Shown here piece after piece: positions 15,311 to 31,500 of a stretch of 64,000 nucleotides of DNA; the first letter of the stretch is position 1, and every line of letters starts with the position of its first letter. The position numbers and the translations under genes were made by a program. The stretch is from contig OZ024755.1 in the NCBI GenBank assembly GCA_964016885.1, positions 44,826,001 through 44,890,000 on the forward strand, written 5' to 3'. Source of the DNA: Eledone cirrhosa (taxonomy: Eukaryota). The notes under the pieces are model-generated. The model saw nothing but the letters and a program-made list of their open reading frames with translations. It was not told where the DNA came from and made no database searches.

Positions 15311-18300
15311 ACTGTGTACCACAGTTGACAGTACTAACATATACTGTGTACCACAGTTGACAGTATCCACGTATGTGTACCACAGTTGACAGTATCCACG
15401 TATGTGTACCACAGTTGACAGTATCAACGTATATCTGTACCACATATTGACAGTACCAACATATACTGTGTACCACAGTTGACAGTACCAACGTATACTG
15501 TGTACCACAGTTGACAGTACCAACATATACTGTGTACCACAGTTGACAGTACTAACATATACTGTGTACCACAGTTGACAGTATCCACGTATGTGTACCA
15601 CAGTTGACAGTATCAACGTATATCTGTACCACATATTGACAGTACCAACATATACTGTGTACCACAGTTGACAGTACCAACTTATACTGTGTACTACAGT
15701 TGACAGTACCAACATATACTGTGTACCACAGTTGACAGTACCAACGTATACTGTGTACCACAGTTGCCATTACCAACGTATACTGTGTACCACAGTGGAC
15801 AGTACCAACGTATATGTGTACAACATATTGACAGTACCAACATATACTGTGTACCACAGTTGACAGTACCAACATATACTGTGTACCACAGTTGACAGTA
15901 CCAACATATACTGTGTACCACAGTTGACAGTACTAACATATACTGTGTACCACAGTTGAGAGTACCAATATATACTGTGTACCTCAGTTGACGATATCAA
16001 CATATACTGTGTACCACAGTTGACAGTACCAACATATACTGTGTACCAGAGTTGACAGTACTAACATATACTGTGTACCACAGTTGACAGTACCATCATA
16101 TACTGTGTACCACAGTTGACACTACCAACATAAACTGTGTACCACAATTGACAGTACCAACATTTATTGTGTACCACAGTTGAAAGTACCAACGTATACT
16201 GTGTACCACAGTTGACAGTACCAACGTATACTGTGTACCACAGTTGACAGTACCAACATATACTGTGTACCACAGTTGACAGTACCAACGTATACTGTGT
16301 AACAAAGTTGACAATACCATCATATAGGGTGTACCACAGTTGACAGTACCAACATATACTGTATACCACAGTTGACAGTACCATCATATAGTGTGTACCA
16401 CAGTTGACAGTACAAACATATACTGTGTACCAGAGTTGACAGTACCAACATATACTGTGTACCAGAGTTGACAGTACTAACATATACTGTGTACCAGAGT
16501 TGACAGTACCAACATATATTGGATACCACAGTTGACAGTACCAACATATACTGTGTACCACTGTTGACAGTACCAACGTATACTGTATACCACAGTTAAC
16601 AGTACCAACATATACTGTGTACCACAGTTGACAGTACCAACGTATACTGTGTACCACTGTTGACAGTACCAACATATACAGTATAACACAGTTGACAGTA
16701 CCAACATATACTGTGTACCACATTTGACAGTACCAACATATACTGTGTACCATAGTTGACAGTAGCAACGTATACTGGGTACCACAGTTGACAGTACCAA
16801 CATATACCGTGTACCACAGTTGACAGTACCAACATATATAGTGTACCAGAGTTGACAGTACCAACATATACTGTGTACCACTGTTGACAGTACCAACATA
16901 TACTGTGTACCACAGTTGACAGTACCAACGTATACTGTGTACCACAGTTGACAGTACCAACTTATACTGTGTACCACAGTTGACAGTACTAATATATACT
17001 GTGTACCAAAGTTGGGAGTACCAACATATACTGTGTACCACAGTTGACAGTACTAACATATACTGTGTACCACAGTTGACAGTATCCACGTATGTGTACC
17101 ACAGTTGACAGTATCAATGTATATCTGTACCACATATTGACAGTACCAACATATACTGTGTACCACAGTTGACAGTACCAACGTATACTGTGTACCACAG
17201 TTGACAGTACCAACGTATACTGTGTACCACAGTTGACAGTACCAACATATACTGTGTACCACAGTTGACACTACCAATGTATACTGTGTACCACAGTTGA
17301 AATTACCAAGGTATACTGTGTACCACAGTTGACAGTACCAACGTATACTGTGTACCACAATTGACAGTACCAACATATACTGTGTACCACAGTTGACAGT
17401 ACCAACATATACTATGTACCACAGTTGGCAGTACCAACATATACTGTGTACCACAGTTGAGAGTACCAACATATACTGTGTACCACAGTTGACAGTACCA
17501 ACATATATTGTGTACCACAGTTGACAGTAACAACATATACTGGGTGCCACTGTTCACAGTACCAACATATACTGTGTACCACAGTTGACAATACCAACGT
17601 ATTCTGTGTACCACAGTTGACAGTACCAACATATACTGTGTACCACAGTTGACAGTACCAACGTATACTGTGTAACACAGTTGACAATAGCATCATATAG
17701 GGTGTTCCACAGTTGACAGTACCAACATATACTGTGTACCACATTTGACAGTACTAACATATACTGACTACCACAGTTGATAGTACCAACGTATACTGTG
17801 TACCAAAGTTCACAGTATCAACGTATATGTGTACCACATATTGACAGTACCAACATATACTGTGTACCACATTTGACTGTACCAACATATACTGTGTACG
17901 ACAGTTGAGAGTACCAACATATAATGTTTATCACAGTTGACAGTACCAACATATACCGTGTACCACAGTTGAGAGTACCTACATATACTGTGTACCACTG
18001 TTGACAGTACCAACGTATACTGTGTACCACAGTTAACAGTACCAACATATACAGTGTACCACAGTTGACAGTACCAACGTATACTGTGTACCACAGTTGA
18101 CAGTACCAACATATACTGTGTACCATAGTTGACAGTACCAACGTATACTGTGTACCACATTTGACAGTACCAACATATACCGTGTACCACAGTTGATAGT
18201 ACCAATATATGCTGTGTACCATAGTTGACAGTACCAACATATACTGTGTACCATAGTTGACAGTACCAACGTATACTCTGTACCACATTTGAGAGTACCA

Positions 18301-21300
18301 ACATATACCGTGTACCACAGTTGACAGTACCAATATATACTGTGTACCACAGTTGACAGTACCAACATATACTGTGTACCACAGTTGACAGTACTAACAT
18401 ATACTGTGTACCACAGTTGACAGTAGCAACATATACTGTGTACCAGAGTTGACAGTACTAACATATACAGTGTACCACAATTTGACAGTACCAACATATA
18501 CTGTGTACCACAGTTGACAGTACCAACATATACTGTGTACCACAGTTGACAATACCATCATATACTGTGTAACACAGTTGACACTACCAACATAAACTGT
18601 GTACCAGAGTTGACAGTACCAACATATACTGTGTACCACATTTCAGAGTACCAATATATACTGTGTACCTCAGTTGACGATATCAACATATACTGTGTAC
18701 CACAGTTGACAATACCAACATATACTGTGTACCACAGTTGACAGTACCAACATATACTGTGTACCACAGTTGACAGTACCAACGTATACTGTGTACCACA
18801 TTTGACACTACCAACATAAACTGTGTACCAGAGTTGACAGTACCAACATATACTGTGTACCACAGTTTAAAGTACCAACGTATACTGTGTATCACAGTTG
18901 ACAATACCAACATATACTGTGTACCACAGTTGACAGTACCATCATATACTGTGTACCACAGTTGACAGTACTAACATATACTGTGTACCAGAGTTGACAG
19001 TACCAACATATACTATGTACCAGAGTTGACAGTACTAACATATACTGTGTACCAGAGTTGACAGTACCAACATATATTGGATACCACAGTTGACAGTACC
19101 AACATATACTGTGTACCACTGTTAACATTACCAACGTATATTGTATACCACAGTTAACAGTAACAATATATACTGTGTACCACAGTTGACAGTACCAACG
19201 TATACTGTGTACCACTGTTGACAGTACCAACATATACAGTATAACACAGTTGACAGTACCAACATATACTGTGTACCACAGTTGACAGTACCAACATATA
19301 CTGTGTACCGTAGTTGACAGTACCAACGTATACTGTGTACCACAGTTGACAGTACCAACATATACTGTGTACCATAGTTGACAGAACCAACGTATACTGT
19401 GTACCATAGTTGAGAGTAACAACATATACCGTGTACCACAGTTGACAGTACCAACATATACTGTGTACCAGAGTTGACAGTACCAACGTACACTGTGTAC
19501 CACTGTTGACAGTACCAACATATACTTTGTACCACAGTTGACAGTACCAACGTATACTGTGTACCACAGTTGACAGTACCAACTTATACTCTGTACCACA
19601 GTTGACAGTTCTAATATATACTGTGTACCACAGTTGAGAGTACCAACATATACTGTGTACCACAGTTGACAGTACCAACGTATACTGTGTACCACAGTTG
19701 ACAGTACCAACATATACTGTGTACCACAGTTGACAGTACCAACGTATACTGTGTACCACAGTTGACATTACCAACGTATACTGTGTACCACAGTGGACAG
19801 TACCAACGTATATGTGTACAACATATTGACAGTACCAACATATACTGTTTACCACAGTTGACAGTACCAACATATACTGTGTACCACAGTTGACAGTACC
19901 AACATATACTGTGTACCACAGTTGACAGTACTAACATATACTGTGTCCCACAGTTGAGTGTACAAATATATACTGTGTACCTCAGTTGACGATATCAACA
20001 TATACTGTGTACCACAGTTGACAGTACCAACATATACTGTGTACCACAGTTGACAGTACCAACGTATACTGTGTACCACAGTTGACAGTACCAACTTATA
20101 CTGTGTACCACAGTTGACAGTTCTAATATATACTGTGTACCACAGTTGAGAGTACCAACATATACTGTGTACCACAGTTGACAGTACTAACATATACTGT
20201 GTACCACAGTTGACAGTATCCACGAATGTGTACCAGAGTTGACAGTATCAACGTATATCTGTACCACATATTGACAGTACCAACATATACTGTGTACCAC
20301 AGTTGACAGTACCAACGTATACTGTGTACCACAGTTGACAGTACCAACATATACTGTGTACCACAGTTGACAGTACCAACGTATACTGTGTACCACAGTT
20401 GCCATTACCAACGTATACTGTGTACCACAGTGGAGGGTACCAACGTATATGTGTACAAAATATTGACAGTACCAACATATACTGTGTACCACAGTTGACA
20501 GTACCAACATATACTCTGTACCACAGTTGACAGTACCAACATATATTGTGTACCACAGTTGACAGTACTAAAATATACTGTGTACCACATTTGAGAGTAC
20601 CAATATATACTGTGTACCTCAGTTGACGATATCAACATATACTGTGTACCACAGTTGACAGTACCAACATATACTGTGTACCAGAGTTGACAGTACTAAC
20701 ATATACTGTGTACCACAGTTGACAGTACCATCATATACTGTGTACCACAGTTGACACTACCAACATAAACTGTGTACCACAGTTGACAGTACCAACATAT
20801 ACTGTGTACCACAGTTGAAAGTACCAACGTATACTGTGTACCACAGTTGACAGTACCAACATATACTGTGTACCACAGTTGACAGTACCAACATATACTG
20901 TGTACCACAGTTGACAGTACCAACGTATACTGTGTACCACAGTTGACAGTACCAACATATACTGTGTACCACAGTTGAGAGTACCAACGTATATGTGTAC
21001 AACATATTGACAGTACCAACATATACTGTTTACCACATTTGACAGTACCATCATATACTGACTACCACAGTTGACAGTACCAACGTATACTGTGTACCAG
21101 AGTTAACAGTACCAACATATACTGTGTACCACTGTTGACAGTAGCAACATATACTGTGTATCACAGTTGACAGTACCAACATATATAGTGCACCAGAGTT
21201 GACAGTACCAACATATACTGTGTACCACTGTTGACAGTACCAACATATACTGTGTACCACAGTTGACAATACCAACATCTACCGTCTACCACAGTTGACG

Positions 21301-21709
21301 GTATCAACATATACTGTGTACCAGAGTTGACAGTACCAACATATACTGTGTACCACAGTTGACAGTACCAACATATACCGTGTACCACAGTTGACAGTAC
21401 CAACGTATACTGTGTACCACAGTTGACAGTACCAACATATAATGTGTACCACCGTTGACAGTACCAACATATACTGTGTATCACAGTTGACAGTACCAAC
21501 ATATACCGTGCTACCACAGTTGAGAGTACCAACATATACTGTGTACCACAGTTGACAGTACCAACATATAATGTGTACCACTGTTGACAGTACCAACATA
21601 TACTGTGTACCACATTTAACAGTACCAACATATACTGTGTACCACAGTTATCAGTACCAACGTAAACTGTGTACCACTGTTGACAGTACCAACATATACA
21701 GTGTACCAC

Positions 21710-24700
21710 AGTTGACAGTACCAACATATACTGAGTACCACAGTTAACAGTACCAACATATACTGTGTATCACAGTTGACTGTACCAACATATACCGTGT
21801 TACCACAGTTGAGAGTACCAACATATAATGTGTACCACAGTTGACAGTACCAACATATACTGTGTACCACTGTGACAGTACCAACGTATACTGTGTACCA
21901 CATTTAACAGTACCAACATATAATGTGTACCACAGTTGACAGTACCAACGTATACTGTGTACCACTGTTGACAGTACCAACATATACAGTGTACCACAGT
22001 TGACAGTACCAACATATACTGTGTACCACAGTTGACAGTACCAACATATACTGTGTACCATAGTTGACAGTACCAACGTATACTGTGTACCACATTTGAC
22101 AGTACCAACATATACCGTGTACCACAGTTGATAGTACCAATACATGCTGTGTACCATAGTTGACAGTACCAACATATACTGTGTACCATAGTTGACAGTA
22201 CCAACGTATACTCTGTACCACATTTGAGAGTACCAACATATACCGTGTACCACAGTTGACAGTACCAATATATACCGTGTACCACAGTTGACAGTACCAA
22301 CATATACTGTGTACCACAGTTGACAGTACTAACATATACTGTGTACCACAGTTGACAGTAGCAACATATACTGTGTACCAGAGTTGACAGTACTAACATA
22401 TACAGTGTACCACAATTTGACAGTACCAACATATACTGTGTACCACAGTTGACAGTACCAACATATACTGTGTACCACAGTTGACAATACCATCATATAC
22501 TGTGTAACACAGTTGACACTACCAACATAAACTGTGTACCAGAGTTGACAGTACCAACATATACTGTGTACCACAGTTTAAAGTACCAACGTATACTGTG
22601 TATCACAGTTGACAATACCAACATATACTGTGTACCACAGTTGACAGTACCAACGTATACTGTGTACCACATTTGACAGTACCAACATATACTGTGTACC
22701 ACAGTTGACAGTACCAACATATAGTGTGTACCACAGCTGGCAGTACCAACATATACTGTGTACCACAGTTGACAGTACTAACATATACTGTGTACCACAG
22801 TTGACAGTACCAACATATATTGTGTACCACGGTTGACAGTACCAACATATAATGGGTGCCACTTTTCACAGTACCAACATATAGTGTGTAGCACAGTTGA
22901 CGGTACCAACGTATGCTGTGTACCACAGTTGACAGTCCCAACATATACTGTGTACCACAGTTGACAGTACCAACGTATACTGTGTAACACAGTTGACAAT
23001 ACCATCATATAGGGTGTACCAAAGTTGACACTACCAACATATACTGTGTACCACAGTTGAGAGTACCATCATATACTGTGTACCACAGTTGACAGTACTA
23101 ACATATACTGTGTACCAGAGTTGACAGTACCAACATATACTATGTACCAGAGTTGACAGTACTAACATATACTGTGTACCAGAGTTGACAGTACCAACAT
23201 ATATTGGATACCACAGTTGACAGTACCAACATATACTGTGTACCACTGTTAACATTACCAACGTATATTGTATACCACAGTTAACAGTAACAATATATAC
23301 TGTGTACCACAGTTGACAGTACCAACGTATACTGTGTACCACTGTTGACAGTACCAACATATACAGTATAACACAGTTGACAGTACCAACATATACTGTG
23401 TACCACAGTTGACAGTACCAACATATACTGTGTACCGTAGTTGACAGTACCAACGTATACTGTGTACCACAGTTGACAGTACCAACATATACTGTGTACC
23501 ATAGTTGACAGAACCAACGTATACTGTGTACCATAGTTGACAGTAACAACATATACCGTGTACCACAGTTGACAGTACCAACATATACTGTGTACCAGAG
23601 TTGACAGTACCAACGTACACTGTGTACCACTGTTGACAGTACCAACATATACTTTGTACCACAGTTGACAATACCAACGTATACTGTGTACCACAGTTGA
23701 CAGTACCAACTTATACTCTGTACCACAGTTGACAGTTCTAATATATACTGTGTACCACAGTTGAGAGTACCAACATATACTGTGTACCACAGTTGACAGT
23801 AATAACATATACTGTGTACCACAGTTGACAGTATCCACGTATGTGTACCACAGTTGACAGTATCAACGTATATTTGTACCACATATTGTCAGTACCAACA
23901 TATACTGTGTACCACAGTTGACAGTACCAACGTATACTGTGTACCACAGTTGACAGTACCAACATATACTGTGTACCACAGTTGACAGTACCAACGTATA
24001 CTGTGTACCACAGTTGACATTACCAACGTATACTGTGTACCACAGTGGTCAGTACCAACGTGTATGTGTACAACATATTGACAGTACCAACATATACTGT
24101 TTACCACAGTTGACAGTACCAACATATACTGTGTACCACAGTTGACAGTACCAACATATACTGTGTACCACAGTTGACAGTACTAACATATACTGTGTCC
24201 CACAGTTGAGTGTACAAATATATACTGTGTACCTCAGTTGACGATATCAACATATACTGTGTACCACAGTTGACAGTGCCAACATATACTGTGTACCACA
24301 GTTGACAGTACCAACGTATACTGTGTACCACAGTTGACAGTACCAACTTATACTGTGTACCACAGTTGACTGTACCAACATATACCGTGTTACCACAGTT
24401 GAGAGTACCAACATATAATGTGTACCACAGTTGACAGTACCAACATATACTGAGTACCACAGTTAACAGTACCAACATATACTGTGTATCACAGTTGACT
24501 GTACCAACATATACCGTGTTACCACAGTTGAGAGTACCAACATATAATGTGTACCACAGTTGACAGTACCAACATATACTGTGTACCACTGTGACAGTAC
24601 CAACGTATACTGTGTACCACATTTAACAGTACCAACATATAATGTGTACCACAGTTGACAGTACCAACGTATACTGTGTACCACTGTTGACAGTACCAAC

Positions 24701-27110
24701 ATATACAGTGTACCACAGTTGACAGTACCAACATATACTGTGTACCACAGTTGACAGTACCAACATATACTGTGTACCATAGTTGACAGTACCAACGTAT
24801 ACTGTGTACCACATTTGACAGTACCAACATATACCGTGTACCACAGTTGATAGTACCAATACATGCTGTGTACCATAGTTGACAGTACCAACATATACTG
24901 TGTACCATAGTTGACAGTACCAACGTATACTCTGTACCACATTTGAGAGTACCAACATATACCGTGTACCACAGTTGACAGTACCAATATATACCGTGTA
25001 CCACAGTTGACAGTACCAACATATACTGTGTACCACAGTTGACAGTACTAACATATACTGTGTACCACAGTTGACAGTAGCAACATATACTGTGTACCAG
25101 AGTTGACAGTACTAACATATACAGTGTACCACAATTTGACAGTACCAACATATACTGTGTACCACAGTTGACAGTACCAACATATACTGTGTACCACAGT
25201 TGACAATACCATCATATACTGTGTAACACAGTTGACACTACCAACATAAACTGTGTACCAGAGTTGACAGTACCAACATATACTGTGTACCACAGTTTAA
25301 AGTACCAACGTATACTGTGTATCACAGTTGACAATACCAACATATACTGTGTACCACAGTTGACAGTACCAACATATACTGTGTACCACAGTTGACAGTA
25401 CCAACGTATACTGTGTACCACATTTGACAGTACCAACATATACTGTGTACCACAGTTGACAGTACCAACATATAGTGTGTACCACAGCTGGCAGTACCAA
25501 CATATACAGTGTACCACAGTTGACAGTACTAACATATACTGTGTACCACAGTTGACAGTACCAACATATATTGTGTACCACGGTTGACAGTACCAACATA
25601 TAATGGGTGCCACTTTTCACAGTACCAACATATAGTGTGTAGCACAGTTGACGGTACCAACGTATGCTGTGTACCACAGTTGACAGTCCCAACATATACT
25701 GTGTACCACAGTTGACAGTACCAACGTATACTGTGTAACACAGTTGACAATACCATCATATAGGGTGTACCAAAGTAGACACTACCAACATATACTGTGT
25801 ACCACAGTTGAGAGTACCATCATATACTGTGTACCACAGTTGACAGTACTAACATATACTGTGTACCAGAGTTGACAGTACCAACATATACTATGTACCA
25901 GAGTTGACAGTACTAACATATACTGTGTACCAGAGTTGACAGTACCAACATATATTGGATACCACAGTTGACAGTACCAACATATACTGTGTACCACTGT
26001 TAACATTACCAACGTATATTGTATACCACAGTTAACAGTAACAATATATACTGTGTACCACAGTTGACAGTACCAACGTATACTGTGTACCACTGTTGAC
26101 AGTACCAACATATACAGTATAACACAGTTGACAGTACCAACATATACTGTGTACCACAGTTGACAGTACCAACATATACTGTGTACCGTAGTTGACAGTA
26201 CCAACGTATACTGTGTACCACAGTTGACAGTACCAACATATACTGTGTACCATAGTTGACAGAACCAACGTATACTGTGTACCATAGTTGACAGTAACAA
26301 CATATACCGTGTACCACAGTTGACAGTACCAACATATACTGTGTACCAGAGTTGACAGTACCAACGTACACTGTGTACCACTGTTGACAGTACCAACATA
26401 TACTTTGTACCACAGTTGACAATACCAACGTATACTGTGTACCACAGTTGACAGTACCAACTTATACTCTGTACCACAGTTGACAGTTCTAATATATACT
26501 GTGTACCACAGTTGAGAGTACCAACATATACTGTGTACCACAGTTGACAGTAATAACATATACTGTGTACCACAGTTGACAGTATCCACGTATGTGTACC
26601 ACAGTTGACAGTATCAACGTATATTTGTACCACATATTGACAGTACCAACATATACTGTGTACCACAGTTGACAGTACCAACGTATACTGTGTACCACAG
26701 TTGACAGTACCAACATATACTGTGTACCACAGTTGACAGTACCAACGTATACTGTGTACCACAGTTGACATTACCAACGTATACTGTGTACCACAGTGGA
26801 CAGTACCAACGTGTATGTGTACAACATATTGACAGTACCAACATATACTGTTTACCACAGTTGACAGTACCAACATATACTGTGTACCACAGTTGACAGT
26901 ACCAACATATACTGTGTACCACAGTTGACAGTACTAACATATACTGTGTCCCACAGTTGAGTGTACAAATATATACTGTGTACCTCAGTTGACGATATCA
27001 ACATATACTGTGTACCACAGTTGACAGTGCCAACATATACTGTGTACCACAGTTGACAGTACCAACGTATACTGTGTACCACAGTTGACAGTACCAACTT
27101 ATACTGTGTA
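21710..27110 (+). repeat. Tandem duplication, ~21.71-24.36 kb and ~24.43-27.11 kb (offset 2,719 then 2,751 bp)
   Basis: Matching ORFs 21744/24463, 21800/24519 and 22329/25048 (offset 2719), then 22778/25529, 23255/26006 and 23738/26489 (offset 2751, one extra monomer in copy 2). Confidence 0.92.
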
Positions 27111-27299
27111 CCACAGTTGACAGTTCTAATATATACTGTGTACCACAGTTGAGAGTACCAACATATACTGTGTACCACAGTTGACAGTACTAACATATAC
27201 TGTGTACCACAGTTGACAGTATCCACGAATGTGTACCAGAGTTGACAGTATCAACGTATATCTGTACCACATATTGACAGTACCAACATATACTGTGTA

Positions 27300-28560
27300 C
27301 CACAGTTGACAGTACCAACGTATACTGTGTACCACAGTTGACAGTACCAACATATATTGTGTACCACAGTTGACAGTACTAAAATATACTGTGTACCACA
27401 TTTGAGAGTACCAATATATACTGTGTACCTCAGTTGACGATATCAACATATACTGTGTACCACAGTTGACAGTACCAACATATACTGTGTACCAGAGTTG
27501 ACAGTACTAACATATACTGTGTACCACAGTTGACAGTACCATCATATACTGTGTACCACAGTTGACACTACCAACATAAACTGTGTACCACAGTTGACAG
27601 TACCAACATATACTGTGTACCACAGTTGAAAGTACCAACGTATACTGTGTACCACAGTTGACAGTACCAACATATACTGTGTACCACAGTTGACAGTACC
27701 AACATATACTGTGTACCACAGTTGACAGTACCAACGTATACTGTGTACCACAGTTGACAGTACCAACATATACTGTGTACCACAGTTGAGAGTACCAACG
27801 TATATGTGTACAACATATTGACAGTACCAACATATACTGTTTACCACATTTGACAGTACCATCATATACTGACTACCACAGTTGACAGTACCAACGTATA
27901 CTGTGTACCACAGTTGCCATTACCAACGTATACTGTGTACCACAGTGGACAGTACCAACGTATATGTGTACAACATATTGACAGTACCAACATATACTGT
28001 GTACCACAGTTGACAGTACCAACATATACTGTGTACCACAGTTGACAGTACCAACATATATTGTGTACCACAGTTGACAGTACTAAAATATACTGTGTAC
28101 CACATTTGAGAGTACCAATATATACTGTGTACCTCAGTTGACGATATCAACATATACTGTGTACCACAGTTGACAGTACCAACATATACTGTGTACCAGA
28201 GTTGACAGTACTAACATATACTGTGTACCACAGTTGACAGTACCATCATATACTGTGTACCACAGTTGACACTACCAACATAAACTGTGTACCACAGTTG
28301 ACAGTACCAACATATACTGTGTACCACAGTTGACAGTACCAACATATACTGTGTACCACAGTTGACAGTACCAACGTATACTGTGTACCACAGTTGACAG
28401 TACCAACATATACTGTGTACCACAGTTGAGAGTACCAACGTATATGTGTACAACATATTGACAGTACCAACATATACTGTTTACCACATTTGACAGTACC
28501 ATCATATACTGACTACCACAGTTGACAGTACCAACGTATACTGTGTACCAGAGTTAACAG
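27300..28560 (+). repeat. Short tandem duplication, offset 704 then 640 bp (22/20 monomers); related block at ~20.4-21.1 kb
   Basis: GTACTAAAATAT at 27376 and 28080. ORF left coordinates 27507/28211 (704) and right coordinates 27833/28473 (640). ORF 20696..21022 is identical to 27507..27833. Confidence 0.82.
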
Positions 28561-31500
28561 TACCAACATATACTGTGTACCACTGTTGACAGTATCAACA
28601 TATACTGTGTACCAGAGTTGACAGCACCAACATATACTGTGTACCACAGTTGACAGTAGCAACATATAGTGTGTATCACAGTTGACAGTACCAACATATA
28701 TAGTGTACCAGAGTTGACAGTACCAACATATACTGTGTACCACTGTTGACAGTACCAACATATACTGTGTACCACAGTTGACAGTACCAACGTATACTGT
28801 GTACCACAGTTGACAGTACCAACTTATACTGTGTACCATAGTTGACAGTACTAATATATACTGTGTACCAAAGTTGAGAGTACCAACATATACTGTGTAC
28901 CACAGTTGACAGTACTGACATATACTGTGTACCACAGTTGACAGTATCCACGTATGTGTACCACAGTTGACAGTATCAACGTATATCTGTACCACATATT
29001 GACAGTACCAACATATACTGTGTACCACAGTTGACAGTACCAACGTATACTGTGTAGCACAGTTGACAGTACCAACGTATACTGTGTACCACAGTTGACA
29101 GTACCAACATATACTGTGTACCACAGTTGACAGTACCAATGTATACTATGTACCACAGTTGACATTACCAAGGTATACTGTGTACAAACAGTGGACAGTA
29201 CCAACGTATATGTGTACAACATATTGACAGTACCAACATATACTGTGTACCACAGTTGACAGTACCAACATATACTGTGTACCACAGTTGACAGTACCAA
29301 CATATACTGTGTACCACAGTTGACAGTACCAACGTATACTGTGTACCACAGTTGACAGTACCAACATATACTGTGTACCACAGTTGACAGTACCAACATA
29401 TACTGTGTACCACAGTTGGCAGTGCCAACATATACTGTGTACCACAGTTGAGAGTACCAACATATACTGTGTACCACAGTTGACAGTACCAACATATATT
29501 GTGTACCACAGTTGACAGTACCAACATATACTGGGTGCCACTGTTCACAGTACCAACATATACTGTGTACCACATTTGACAATACCAACGTATTCTGTGT
29601 ACCACATTTGACCATACCATCATATAGGGTGTACCACAGTTGACAGTACCAACATATACTGTGTACCACATTTGACAGTACCATCATATACTGACTACCA
29701 CAGTTGACAGTACCAACGTAAAATGTGTACCAGAGTTAACAGTACCAACATATACTGTGTACCAATGTTGACAGTACCAACGTATACTGTGTACCACAGT
29801 TAACAGTACCAACATATACGGTGTACCACAGTTGACAGTACCAACGTATACTGTGTACCACTGTTGACAGTACCAACATATACAGTGTAACACAGTTGAC
29901 AGTACCAACATATACTGTGTACCACAGTTGACAGTACCAACATATACTGTGTACCATAGTTGTCAGTACCAACATATACTGTGTACCACAGTTGACAGTA
30001 CCAACATATACCGTGTACCACAGTTGACAGTACCAACATATACTGTGTACCAGATTTGACAGTACCAACATATACTGTGTACCACTGTTGACAGTACCAA
30101 CGTATACTGTGTACCAGAGTTAACAGTACCAACATATACTGTGTACCACTGTTGACAGTACCAACATATACTGTGTACCACAGTTTACAGTACCAACGTA
30201 TACTGTGTACCACAATTGACAGTACCAACATATACAGTGTACCAGAGTTGACAGTACTAATATATAATGTGTACCACAGTTGACAGTACAAACATGTACT
30301 GTGTACCACAGTTGACAGCACTAACATATACTGTGTACCACAGTTGACAGTATCCACGTATATGTGTACCACATATTCACAGTACCAACATATACTGTGT
30401 ACCACAGTTGAGAGTACCAACGTATACTGTGTACCACAGTTGACAGTACCAACGTATACTGTGTACCACAGTTGACAGTACCAACATATACTGTGTACCA
30501 CAGTTGACAGTACCAACGTATACTGTGTACCACAGTTGACAGTACCAACGTATACTGTGTACAACAGTTGACAGTACCAACATATACTGTGTACCTCAGT
30601 TGACAGTAGCAACATATACTGTGTACCTCAGATGACAGTATAAACATATACTGTGTACCACAGTTGACAGTACCAACATATACTGTGTACCATAGTTGAC
30701 AGTACTAACATATACTGTGTACCACATTTGACAGTACCAACATATACCGTGTACCTCAGTTCACAGTATCAACATATAATGTGTACCACATTTGACAGTA
30801 ACAACATATACTGTGTACCACAGTTTAGAGTACCAACATATACTGTGTATCACAGTTGACAGTACCAACATATACCGTGTACCACAGTTGAGAGTACCTA
30901 CATATACTGTGTACCACAGTTGACAGTACCAACATATACTGTGTACCACAGTTGACAGTACCAACATATACTGTGTACCACCGTTGACAGTACCAACATA
31001 TACTGTGTATCACAGTTGACAGTACCAACATATACCGTGTTACCACAGTTGAGAGAACCAACATATACTGTGTACCACAGTTGACAGTACCAACATATAA
31101 TGTGTACCACTGTTGACAGTACCAACGTATACTGTGTACCACAGTTGGCAGTACCATCATATACTGTGTACCACATTTGACAGTACCAACATATACAGTG
31201 TACCACAGTTGAAAGTACCAACGTATACTGTGTACCACAGTTGACAGTATCAACATATACTGTGTACCACAGTTGACAGTACCAACATATACTGTGTACC
31301 ATAGTTGACAGTACCAACATATACTGTGTACCGCAGTTGAGAGTACCAACATATACTGTCTCCCACAGTTGACAGTACCAACATATACTGTGTACCACAG
31401 TTGACAGTACTAACGTATACTGTGTATCACAGTTGACAATACCAACATATACTGTGTACCACAGTTGACAGTACCATCATATACTGTGTACCACAGTTGA

